39,015 nucleotides of DNA from Bacteroidales bacterium (GCA_029934165.1 JAOZMU010000001.1:1-39015); one strand, 5' to 3'; positions 26,274 through 34,307 are shown, numbered from the stretch's first letter. The notes: generated from the letters alone by a model not told the origin. Program-made: numbers and translations.

Positions 26274-26674
26274 GTGGAAAAAGGTGGAAAGTCCAAAAAA
26301 GTGCTACACCAAGCCAATCCCTCATCACTAAGAATAGTACTTTCCACCCCTGTAAAAAGGGGTGGAAATGCCTTAGCCCTTCATAGAGCCATTTTTTGAG
26401 TACTTTCCACCTTTCCACCTTTTAGGGGGGGTATGTTTTATGTTTTTTAAAAACAACACACATATTTACATATATATAATAATAATAATAATATACTTAC
26501 TTCTTCTTATGTATATAGGGTGGAAATGTGGGTATGAACAAGCCAAAAAAGTACTTTCCACCTTTTTATATAGGGGTGGAAAGTACTATTTTAAATTTTG
26601 TCAAGCTGGCTATGTGTGGCGGTTTAGTAGATGTATTTATGAAAAAAGTACTTTACACCCATTCGGAAAGTACT
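26274..26674. repeat. Iteron field with a central AT-rich tract, the candidate replication origin
   Basis: At least 10 copies of GGTGGAAAGTACT or its complement occur in both orientations (coordinates in findings). The AT-rich tract spans 26441-26517 and includes (ATA)6 at 26476-26493. Confidence 0.65.
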
Positions 26675-26691
26675 CACTAAATCCGAAGAAC

Positions 26692-26720
26692 AAAAAAAAC
26701 CTCTCGCAAACAACAAGAGG
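26692..26720 (-). terminator. Intrinsic terminator for the minus-strand regulator operon
   Basis: On the minus strand, CCTCT-11 nt loop-AGAGG is followed by T8. Confidence 0.55.
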
Positions 26721-26793
26721 TAATTCAGCCGTGTGAATACAAATCAAATATTCATCACTTAGCAATCTATGAGGGCGGTGCTATTCCCATTGC

Positions 26794-27123
26794 TTACTTA
26801 TCAAGAGATTCATCAAGCTTGGCATAGAATAATCCTAGAATAGCATGTCTTGCCTTATTAGCATTGCTAGGATTATTTTTGTAAAATTCAAGCTCTTTGT
26901 TGAATTCCCCCATGAATTGGGGGTCGTACTCTTGGAACTTTATGCTTATTTCCTTTTTATCCATTTTCGTAAAATTAATAATAAGGCTAATGATGTTTTG
27001 TCCTGTCTCAATTCGTCGCTTCTCAATGGAAACAATCGTTGCACATACACGGACACTCTCAGCATGCTTTAGCTTCTTCTCAGCATGAGATACATTTAAT
27101 AATTTGTGGCATTTTTCGTTTAG
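26794..27123 (-). CDS. XRE/Cro-CI-family HTH regulator, start unresolved (possible frameshifted gene)
   Basis: The frame is open for 109 codons. AEKKLKHAESVRVCATIVSIEKRRIETGQNIISLIINF looks like an XRE HTH, but the first in-frame ATG/GTG/TTG is only at 26964. An ATG at 27112 sits in another frame. Confidence 0.4.
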   Translation of the reverse strand, partial: LNEKCHKLLNVSHAEKKLKHAESVRVCATIVSIEKRRIETGQNIISLIINFTKMDKKEISIKFQEYDPQFMGEFNKELEFYKNNPSNANKARHAILGLFYAKLDESLDK

Positions 27124-27141
27124 TTAGATTGTAATAAAAGT

Positions 27142-27282
27142 TCATTTTGCTTCTTTCTCAATTTTAGTCAAAATGGCTTCATTAATCCACTTTGATACAT
27201 TGATGTTTTTTGCTTCCGATAGCTCCTCGATTTTCTTCTTGAGGAAGGGAGAAATTCTGAAAGTAATTATTGTCTTTGGCAT
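27142..27282 (-). CDS. Ribbon-helix-helix (CopG/Arc-like) DNA-binding protein (46 aa)
   Basis: Hand translation MPKTIITFRISPFLKKKIEELSEAKNINVSKWINEAILTKIEKEAK, a typical beta-strand-helix-helix pattern. Confidence 0.6.
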   Translation of the reverse strand: MPKTIITFRISPFLKKKIEELSEAKNINVSKWINEAILTKIEKEAK

Positions 27283-27308
27283 GGTTTTTTTTGGTTAAAA
27301 TAATAAAA

Positions 27309-27503
27309 TTAGTCATTGATAACAGAACTGAATCGACTAATCCCCAATTCCTGTCTGAACTGGGCTAAAATCTCTTTCTGTTCTTGCCTTGTTGAGAATG
27401 CACCATAATGTGAAGAATCAAAAACAACTTGGTCTCCATCCCATACAGTAGCTTCCCATCCATAAGTTCCGTCTTCTGTGATTTCTAATGCTAAATTTTT
27501 CAT
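27309..27503 (-). CDS. Small protein, HicB-N-like fold candidate (64 aa from the internal Met)
   Basis: MKNLALEITEDGTYGWEATVWDGDQVVFDSSHYGAFSTRQEQKEIL. The upstream part of the track ORF runs through hairpins, so I use ATG 27503. Confidence 0.4.
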   Translation of the reverse strand: MKNLALEITEDGTYGWEATVWDGDQVVFDSSHYGAFSTRQEQKEILAQFRQELGISRFSSVIND

Positions 27504-27533
27504 AGTGTTTAAATTAAAATATAAATAATAGTT

Positions 27534-27568
27534 GGAGAGATTTTCCCGACCAGCTCTCTCCGGGCTGG
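27534..27568 (-). terminator. Overlapping hairpins followed by a T-rich tract (terminator/attenuator candidate)
   Basis: GGAGAGA 27534-27540 pairs with TCTCTCC 27555-27561. CCAGC 27550-27554 pairs with GCTGG 27564-27568. The two stems share nucleotides. Confidence 0.4.
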
Positions 27569-27583
27569 TTATCGTTGAGACGT

Positions 27584-27679
27584 TTAGAATCCGCAGAAAC
27601 TTGCAACAAGTACAAAAACTGCGAAAGCGTATATTGTCCACTTGAGGACTGCGAGCTTGTGCTCTGTATCTGCATTCAT
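27584..27679 (-). CDS. Small hydrophobic peptide (31 aa)
   Basis: Hand translation MNADTEHKLAVLKWTIYAFAVFVLVASFCGF. Confidence 0.3.
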   Translation of the reverse strand: MNADTEHKLAVLKWTIYAFAVFVLVASFCGF

Positions 27680-27758
27680 GGTTTTTTAGGTTAAAAAATA
27701 AAAATAAAAACTAATTGCTCATCTCTACCCTTTACATTACACAGGGCAGGGGGAGGAA

Positions 27759-28094
27759 TTAATTATTTAACGTATGTGGCTTGTTCCATTTTCCTACATT
27801 GTAATTGAAGAAAAATGACTGGTCGTAATAATCTACTTGAGAATCGCTATTGTTCCAGTAGTACTTCTTGATTACCTTGTCTACTTCATTAAAGAAGCTT
27901 TTGAGCTGTTGTGGATAATCCCATTCGTTGTAAAAAAAAATGTTTAACTGTTCATACGAATCATTTACATTGATGTCACTTTCCATTAATGAGACGGTTA
28001 TTTCGTCTAGTGTTGAGGTTACGCTTACCTTGTAAGAATTGAACTTTGTCTTAATTAGTGTTCTGATTTCTTTTGCGATTTCTGTGTTTTTCAT
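27759..28094 (-). CDS. First gene of the minus-strand early operon, hypothetical
   Basis: 111-aa ORF from the track, followed by hairpin CTACCCT 27724-27730 / AGGGCAG 27742-27748 and a T-rich tract. Confidence 0.55.
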   Translation of the reverse strand: MKNTEIAKEIRTLIKTKFNSYKVSVTSTLDEITVSLMESDINVNDSYEQLNIFFYNEWDYPQQLKSFFNEVDKVIKKYYWNNSDSQVDYYDQSFFFNYNVGKWNKPHTLNN

Positions 28095-28166
28095 GATTGT
28101 TAAAATAAAAAAAATAAAAATGTGTGAGGTGGTTCAATCTCTCTCTCCTCCCCCATCGACAAAACA

Positions 28167-28195
28167 AGTATATCAAAAACGTATTACGAAGTCAA
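28167..28195 (-). promoter_or_regulatory. Leftward promoter
   Basis: The minus strand reads TTGACT (28190-28195), a 17-nt spacer, then TATACT (28167-28172). The palindrome CGTATTACG lies in the spacer. Confidence 0.55.
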
Positions 28196-28412
28196 GTAAA
28201 AAAGTAGTATTAAATTAATTAAATAGTATTACGTCCTTGAATAGTATTTGCCTTTCTTTTGTGACTGTTTGGAAAAATTGTATTACATTTAAATGAGGCT
28301 TAAGGCGTTAATCTTTGTTCTTACTTATGCTTTATCGTAATACGAATTACAGGGGCTTAGAATGGATATTTAGTTTTAAGTGGCTTAATACTGCCGTTTT
28401 ATTTTGTTGAAC

Positions 28413-28441
28413 TTGACTTTGTATTGATGTTTTTGTATGGT
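28413..28441 (+). promoter_or_regulatory. Rightward promoter
   Basis: TTGACT (28413-28418), a 17-nt spacer, then TATGGT (28436-28441), ending 24 nt upstream of ATG 28466. Confidence 0.5.
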
Positions 28442-28465
28442 TTTTGTGAATTTTAATTAGTTCTT

Positions 28466-29572
28466 ATGAAAATAACGCCTTATCCAAGGAATGCAAAAAA
28501 GCATCCAACTTCTCAGCTGATGCAAATTGCTAAAAGTATTCAGGAGTTTGGTTGGCAAAATGATATTCTCGTGGATAGGGAGGGGGTTATTATTGCAGGA
28601 CACGGTCGGTTTATGGCTTTTGAGAAGTTCGGAACGGAATTTGATTTGCCAAAGCCTAAAATAAGGGTTGCAAGTGAATTGAATGCAAAGCAGGTTAAGG
28701 CTTATCGTTTGGCTGACAATAAATTAGCAGAAAGCGATTATGATATGGATTTAGTTATTGAAGAATTGAAAGAACTTGATGATCATTTGATTGATTTGAC
28801 TGGTTTTGATGTTGATTTGATTATTGAACCTGATGACAAGGATGATGATGTGCCTGATGTTCCCGAAGAACCAAATGCTAAATTGGGGGATATTTACCAA
28901 CTTGGACAACATCGTATTATGTGTGGAGATTCTACTAAGGTTGAGGATGTTGAGAGGTTGATGAATGGAAAGAAGGCGGATATGGTGTTTACTGATCCTC
29001 CGTATGGAATAGATATAGTAGGAAAAAATGGAAAGGTCGGAGCAGGTAAGTTGGCAAAAAACCAAGTGTATTCTGAGGTAATAGGTGATGATACAACAGA
29101 TACGGCGAAAGCTTTTTATGACACTTGTGTGTCATTAGGATTTGAAGCTTATATCTTATGGGGAGGTAATTATTTTTTAAGCTTTCTTCCATTTAGTGCT
29201 AGTTGGATAGTTTGGGATAAAAGAGGTGACATGAATAGTAATAATTTTGCAGATGGAGAAATGGCATGGACTAACGTGAAAACTAGAGTGAGAATATATA
29301 AACAAATATGGAAAGGAATGATAAGAGAAGGAGAAAAAGAAAAAAGAGTACATCCGACACAAAAGCCAATAATGACCTTAGAAAATATATTAAAAGATTT
29401 TACAAAAGAAAAAAAATTAATTTATGATGGTTTCCTTGGCTCTGGAAGCACACTAATTGCATGCGAAAAGACAAATAGAATTTGTCATGGTTGCGAATTG
29501 GATCCCAAATATATTGACGTGATCATTCAAAGATGGGAAAATTACACAGGAAACAAGGCAGTTAAAATTTAA
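28466..29572 (+). CDS. ParB-like nuclease domain fused to a beta-class N6/N4 DNA methyltransferase
   Basis: ParB motif VIIAGHGRFMA, motif IV VFTDPPYGI and motif I FLGSGSTLIACE. Confidence 0.85.
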   Translation: MKITPYPRNAKKHPTSQLMQIAKSIQEFGWQNDILVDREGVIIAGHGRFMAFEKFGTEFDLPKPKIRVASELNAKQVKAYRLADNKLAESDYDMDLVIEELKELDDHLIDLTGFDVDLIIEPDDKDDDVPDVPEEPNAKLGDIYQLGQHRIMCGDSTKVEDVERLMNGKKADMVFTDPPYGIDIVGKNGKVGAGKLAKNQVYSEVIGDDTTDTAKAFYDTCVSLGFEAYILWGGNYFLSFLPFSASWIVWDKRGDMNSNNFADGEMAWTNVKTRVRIYKQIWKGMIREGEKEKRVHPTQKPIMTLENILKDFTKEKKLIYDGFLGSGSTLIACEKTNRICHGCELDPKYIDVIIQRWENYTGNKAVKI

Positions 29573-29681
29573 AAATTACCAACGCCATGCAGAATTTAAG
29601 TTCCATCATCATTTCCAAATAAATGTTGACCGGATTTATTCTAAACTGCACGGCTCGTTGATAGTTTTTAAATAAAATCAG

Positions 29682-30086
29682 ATGGCTAATCAATACACTC
29701 AAAAGGATACGGCACTAAGCACTAAGCAACTAACAGCGATCGCGATACTTTCTGCAATTCCGAGCGAGTATACAACCATGGAGCAAGTCGCGCAAAGATG
29801 TGGAGTGAAACGCGCACAGCTTTATCGATGGATGGACAAGAAAAAATACGTAAAAGAATTAGAGAAGCAAACCAGAAAACATTACCAAAGTTTCGCGAGC
29901 AAAGTAAGAAACGCACATATAAAATACGCACTGCAAGGCAACGCACAGTTGATCAAACTTTTTTACGAACACGCCGAAAAATGGGTGCCAAAAACAGAGC
30001 AAGAATCAAATATAAAAGTCGACAGCCTTGGGGACTTTCTGAAGGGAAGCCGACCGGACCCAATCCAACAAAGAGATCAGAAATAA
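29682..30086 (+). CDS. Terminase small subunit candidate (HTH)
   Basis: The HTH EQVAQRCGVKRAQLYRWMDKKKY is present, and the gene is immediately upstream of the large terminase. Confidence 0.55.
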   Translation: MANQYTQKDTALSTKQLTAIAILSAIPSEYTTMEQVAQRCGVKRAQLYRWMDKKKYVKELEKQTRKHYQSFASKVRNAHIKYALQGNAQLIKLFYEHAEKWVPKTEQESNIKVDSLGDFLKGSRPDPIQQRDQK

Positions 30087-30132
30087 AGAATATATGCAAG
30101 ATGTATAAAATTTAATTAATGGATCAGGGTAA

Positions 30133-31659
30133 ATGAATATCCAAAAAGAAATTCAGAAAGACCCGGTATTCGCACTCGACCATGTATTTGGTTCAGAGCA
30201 TTGGCTCGGACAGCGAATGATAATCCGGTCGGTTTTTAAAAACCAAAGGACCACTGTGAAGAGTTGCCACGGCTTAGGCAAAAGCTACATTTCCGCTAGA
30301 ACGGCAATGGCGTTTCTGCTCGCGCATAAAGATTCAATCGTAATTACAACGGCTCCAACATTCAGACAAGTAGAAAATATCATTTGGAGGGAACTGAGAG
30401 GGGCTTATCATAATGCAAAAATACCAATTGGCGGTAAATTATTAAAAACAACTCTCGAACTAGACGAAAACTGGTATTCAATGGGATTGTCCGCAGATAG
30501 GCCGGATGCGTTTCAGGGGATTCACTCAAAGTCCGGATGGATTCTTGTGATTGCTGATGAGACGGCAGGAATGAGCGATGAGATTTTGGAAATAATTGAG
30601 GCATTGCTCACTTCGCAGAATGTCCGGTTGCTCTATATTGGGAATCCTACCAAGGGGCAGGGGCTTTTTTACGAATCATTCAAGTCAAAATTATTTCATA
30701 AAATATCAATACCATGTTTAAAAACTCCGAACTTTACGCGCAATGGGATTAAAACAATTGGACAGCTCGAAGCGATGGAGAGGGAAGATGTGGCAAATCT
30801 CCCATTGATGTATCCGCAATTAATCACTCCGCTTTGGGTTTGGGATAGAATTTATGATTGGGGGAAAGATTCACCAATCTTTGAGGCTCGTGCAATGGCA
30901 CAATTCCCTTCCGAATCAGATGCGACACTGATCCCATTACATTGGGTCGAGGAGGCTTTGACTCTAAAAATCAAAAAAAAGAAAAATCCGATGTCATGGA
31001 GTCAAAGGCAAATTGGGATTGATTGTGCTAGATTTGGGGAGGATTTATCTGTATTGACAGCAATTGAGGGAAATACCGACAACTACTTGAGACACTTGGA
31101 TACTCGGTGGTGTGCAAAGCGTGACACAATGGAGGTAGTCGGAAGGGCAATAAAGATGTTTAAAGATTTAGGATTTGATAAAAAAAGAGATTCTTTTGTC
31201 GTTGATGATACCGGACTCGGTGGAGGTGTGACGGATAGGCTAACAGAACTCGGGTACATTGTTCTTCCAATTAACTTCGCTTCATCTGCAACGGATGATG
31301 ACGAAAAGGAAAAATTTAATTCAATCAAAGCGGAAATGTTCTGGAATTTAAGGGAGATATTCAAGGAAAGAAGGTTGAGATTGCAAGACATAGGGAAAAT
31401 TGTTGCGGAGGTTCCAACCGTCCGATATGACTTCGATTCTTCAGGACGAATAAAAATTGTTCCAAAAAAGAAAAAAAAGAATGTATCAGAAACAAATACA
31501 GCTGAGAATAAATCACCAGATTTTGCCGACTCTCTCGCCTTGGCTTGCTTCGGTTTTACAAAGCATCAAACTTCTGTGTATACTCAAACCAAGAAGAAAG
31601 ATGTCAAGACAAAAAAGGCACAAACCGTTGTCGGTAATATTTTGAATAAGACTTTTTAA
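30133..31659 (+). CDS. terL: Terminase large subunit
   Basis: Walker A-like CHGLGKS, Walker B ILVIADETAG, and nuclease-domain motifs IGIDCARFGED and VVDDTGLGGGVTDRL. Confidence 0.85.
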   Translation: MNIQKEIQKDPVFALDHVFGSEHWLGQRMIIRSVFKNQRTTVKSCHGLGKSYISARTAMAFLLAHKDSIVITTAPTFRQVENIIWRELRGAYHNAKIPIGGKLLKTTLELDENWYSMGLSADRPDAFQGIHSKSGWILVIADETAGMSDEILEIIEALLTSQNVRLLYIGNPTKGQGLFYESFKSKLFHKISIPCLKTPNFTRNGIKTIGQLEAMEREDVANLPLMYPQLITPLWVWDRIYDWGKDSPIFEARAMAQFPSESDATLIPLHWVEEALTLKIKKKKNPMSWSQRQIGIDCARFGEDLSVLTAIEGNTDNYLRHLDTRWCAKRDTMEVVGRAIKMFKDLGFDKKRDSFVVDDTGLGGGVTDRLTELGYIVLPINFASSATDDDEKEKFNSIKAEMFWNLREIFKERRLRLQDIGKIVAEVPTVRYDFDSSGRIKIVPKKKKKNVSETNTAENKSPDFADSLALACFGFTKHQTSVYTQTKKKDVKTKKAQTVVGNILNKTF

Positions 31660-31671
31660 TTTTTCCAAAAA

Positions 31672-33867
31672 ATGCCAAAAGAAACAGAAATTATCGTCGG
31701 AAAAAGGGACGACAAAAAAAAGAACAAAAAATCATCTGTGGAAATTGGTGTTACTGGTACAGATATTTTTGCGGGATACATTGATGTTGATTATGATCAA
31801 GAGTGGAGGAACTTATCAACACGAATCCCATTGATTGAGAAAATGATAAATGGTGACGGGACTATCTCGGAACTATTGGATGCGATAATTACACCGATTC
31901 TATCAGCGGAAAAGTCAATTACCTGTGAAGATGAAAAAATAAAAGAGTTCGCGAAAAGGGCTTTATTTGATGAATTGCAAGGTGGGTTTGAGGAATTCTT
32001 AAGGCAGTCACTTGATTGTGTTGGATATGGATTTACAGTTTTTGAAAAAGTTTATAAGGTCGAAGATGGACTTGTTTTTTGGAACAGATTCGCACCTCGT
32101 TTACAGAATTCTATTGAGCGGTGGGAGGGGAAAAGTACAAAATGGGTAGGTGGTCACCCTACAGGAATAACACAAATCACTAATTCAACAGATGAAGCGG
32201 ATTCAAGAAATGTTCCGGTCGAAGTCGTCATCCCTTGGGATAAGATGATTTTATTTTCATACAAAAAATCGGGGAATAATTTTGAGGGAAAAAGTATTTT
32301 GCGAAGATGTAATGCACACTTCCAAATTAAACAACTGCTTTATAAAATTTCTGCAATCGCTGCGGAAAGGTTCGGGGTTGGGGTTCCATACATCAAAAGC
32401 AAAAAAGGATTAAGCCCAGAAGTGACGGATAGACTCGATGATTTAGTTAAAAACATTAGAAGTAATGAGCAGGCGTATGCTCGTTTTGATGAAGATGTCA
32501 AAGAGTTTGATATTTTGGTTCCGAAAGGAAATTCACAAACCGGAAGTATTCAGGACTTGATTGATCATCACGACAAGAAAATGTACCAGTCGATCCTTGC
32601 AGGATTTTTAAACTTAGATTCAGGACAAGGTGGAAGTAATGCTCTTTCACAAGACCAAACAAAATTCTTTTCGCAATCATTGTTGTATCTTGCGAATTAT
32701 TGGGGAAATGTAGTGGAGGAGCATTTGAAGCAATTGATAATTTTAAATTTTGGAGAACAAAAAGAATATCCAAAAATTGTATTCACGGGGATTGAAAAGA
32801 TTGAACTCTCTGATTGGGTTGAAGCAATAACCAAATCAAAGCAAGCCGGACTTCTTTCATGGGGTGATGATGATGAAGCTATTCTGAGGAAAAGATTAAA
32901 ACTTGGACAAGCTGAGGAAGGAGCGGAAAGAATCGAATCAAAAGTCATAGTTAACGAAAGCAAAAAGGAATTATCAGAAAAAAAAAACCTAAAACCAAGC
33001 GAGCGAGAACGCTTATTCATGCGTAATATTGGAGATTTTGAGAATTATCTTGCATCCGAATACTCAAATGTTTTAAAAATTATTGAACCGGAAGAGAAAA
33101 AATTGCGGGTTGATTTGGCGAAAATGTATAAGACCGGAAAGACTATTGAGGTTGATGGCCAAACAAGATTGGCAAGAAATACAAAGCTTGAATCTGATAT
33201 GCACAAGATAGTCAATCAGATGAAGGGTCGAATAACTGAAAAATTAATCAATAGCCCTCTCCAGCGGAGATTGTTCAAAAAAGTTAAGCAAATGGCAATT
33301 AAAAATGTGACAGAAAATAATAAAAAGCTTGAAGAAATTGAGATAAATGAAGCGGCGTTGAATTCGATGATTAAGGGATACGTGACCAATGTTAGAGGAT
33401 TTTTATTTAATGGTCCAAGGCAAATCAAAGAACAAATCACCCTAAATATGGGGTCAAGTGTTGAGGTTGGATTGGCAGTTAAGCAAGCCGGAAAAGTTCA
33501 GATGAATAGAAATATTATAAAGCTCTCAACAATCAGTCATGCAAGAGGGGCTTATAATATGATTTTGTTTGAGGAAAACACAAAAAAGGGCGTTGAGTTT
33601 TACAAAACAGTTGTGCCAAGGCAGAGGTTTAAGGACGTGAAACCAAACAGCAAAACAGCGTCATTGCTCTGGATGATATTATTGGCCGCCGAAATCACTC
33701 GAAGAGCAAACAAAGACACCGAAGGAAAAAACACTAATGCAATGACCGGACTCAATCTTCACCACGGAGCTTTCGCATATTTTTACCCAGTGCCTACTGA
33801 GGACTTGGAAAAGGAGAAGGAAATTGCGAATGGTCAGAGGGAAGAGTTTCTAGAAACTAATCAATAA
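31672..33867 (+). CDS. Portal protein (Mu gp29/DUF935-like) with a C-terminal MuF-like extension
   Basis: 731 aa directly after terL. The C-terminal ~280 aa (..IKLSTISHARGAYNMILFEENTKKGVEFYK..) resembles the minor head protein MuF/SPP1 gp7 family. Confidence 0.7.
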   Translation: MPKETEIIVGKRDDKKKNKKSSVEIGVTGTDIFAGYIDVDYDQEWRNLSTRIPLIEKMINGDGTISELLDAIITPILSAEKSITCEDEKIKEFAKRALFDELQGGFEEFLRQSLDCVGYGFTVFEKVYKVEDGLVFWNRFAPRLQNSIERWEGKSTKWVGGHPTGITQITNSTDEADSRNVPVEVVIPWDKMILFSYKKSGNNFEGKSILRRCNAHFQIKQLLYKISAIAAERFGVGVPYIKSKKGLSPEVTDRLDDLVKNIRSNEQAYARFDEDVKEFDILVPKGNSQTGSIQDLIDHHDKKMYQSILAGFLNLDSGQGGSNALSQDQTKFFSQSLLYLANYWGNVVEEHLKQLIILNFGEQKEYPKIVFTGIEKIELSDWVEAITKSKQAGLLSWGDDDEAILRKRLKLGQAEEGAERIESKVIVNESKKELSEKKNLKPSERERLFMRNIGDFENYLASEYSNVLKIIEPEEKKLRVDLAKMYKTGKTIEVDGQTRLARNTKLESDMHKIVNQMKGRITEKLINSPLQRRLFKKVKQMAIKNVTENNKKLEEIEINEAALNSMIKGYVTNVRGFLFNGPRQIKEQITLNMGSSVEVGLAVKQAGKVQMNRNIIKLSTISHARGAYNMILFEENTKKGVEFYKTVVPRQRFKDVKPNSKTASLLWMILLAAEITRRANKDTEGKNTNAMTGLNLHHGAFAYFYPVPTEDLEKEKEIANGQREEFLETNQ

Positions 33868-33869
33868 AA

Positions 33870-34046
33870 ATGCCAAAAGAAAAATACAAAAAAGGAGCCT
33901 TTGTTGTTCATTCTCTTAGTGGGGCGGAATTGCAAATAATTGATTCAAGAATAGTCACTAATAAGGATTGTGTTTATTATGATGTTCGGTCAAAAAGTTT
34001 GAACGTATATACTTTTGCTGATTTTGAACTTGAAACAACAGAATGA
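33870..34046 (+). CDS. Small ORF (58 aa)
   Basis: Hand translation MPKEKYKKGAFVVHSLSGAELQIIDSRIVTNKDCVYYDVRSKSLNVYTFADFELETTE. It ends in TGA overlapping the next ATG (ATGA). Confidence 0.4.
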   Translation: MPKEKYKKGAFVVHSLSGAELQIIDSRIVTNKDCVYYDVRSKSLNVYTFADFELETTE

Positions 34047-34159
34047 AGCTAGAAACCGAAATCGCCAACATTTCCGCACTTATTCTCCGCAAGATGTGGA
34101 GAATAAACTTAATCACAATTGAAGGATGTCAAAAATCAATAATCAGCATGTTTAAATAA
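34043..34159 (+). CDS. Small ORF (38 aa)
   Basis: Hand translation MKLETEIANISALILRKMWRINLITIEGCQKSIISMFK. Confidence 0.3.
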   Translation: MKLETEIANISALILRKMWRINLITIEGCQKSIISMFK

Positions 34160-34161
34160 AA

Positions 34162-34191
34162 TTGACTTTTCACCCCCTCTATGAATAAAAT
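34162..34191 (+). promoter_or_regulatory. Promoter candidate upstream of the head-assembly genes
   Basis: TTGACT (34162-34167), an 18-nt spacer, then TAAAAT (34186-34191). Confidence 0.4.
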
Positions 34192-34212
34192 AAAAGCAGA
34201 AATAAAAACAAT

Positions 34213-34293
34213 GCAGCCACGTTGTTGATTTGCTTCTCCGAAGTAATCAGCATAGAAGCGTGGCTGTTTTCTTTTACCTTTTACTTCGGAGAA
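34213..34293 (+). promoter_or_regulatory. Two mutually overlapping RNA helices (terminator-like and competitor) in the leader of the protease/scaffold gene
   Basis: CAGCCACG 34214-34221 pairs with CGTGGCTG 34259-34266, extended by CTTCT 34233-34237 / AGAAG 34254-34258, followed by TTTTCTTTT. TTCTCCGAAGTAA 34234-34246 pairs with TTACTTCGGAGAA 34281-34293 (13 bp perfect). Confidence 0.5.
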
Positions 34294-34307
34294 TTAACTC
34301 AATAAAT

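Noticed and set aside
26274-26674. Possible CRISPR array because of the many short repeats
   Set aside because: The repeats are only about 13 bp, occur in both orientations with irregular spacing (0-150 nt), and no cas genes are present. The pattern fits iterons, not a CRISPR array.
26054-26736. Track ORFs 26054-26386 (+) and 26440-26736 (+) in the gap upstream of the primase gene
   Set aside because: They run through the iteron repeats and the (ATA)n AT-rich tract. They encode low-complexity, Cys/Phe/Tyr-rich nonsense and are on the opposite strand to all neighbouring genes. I treat the region as a non-coding origin.
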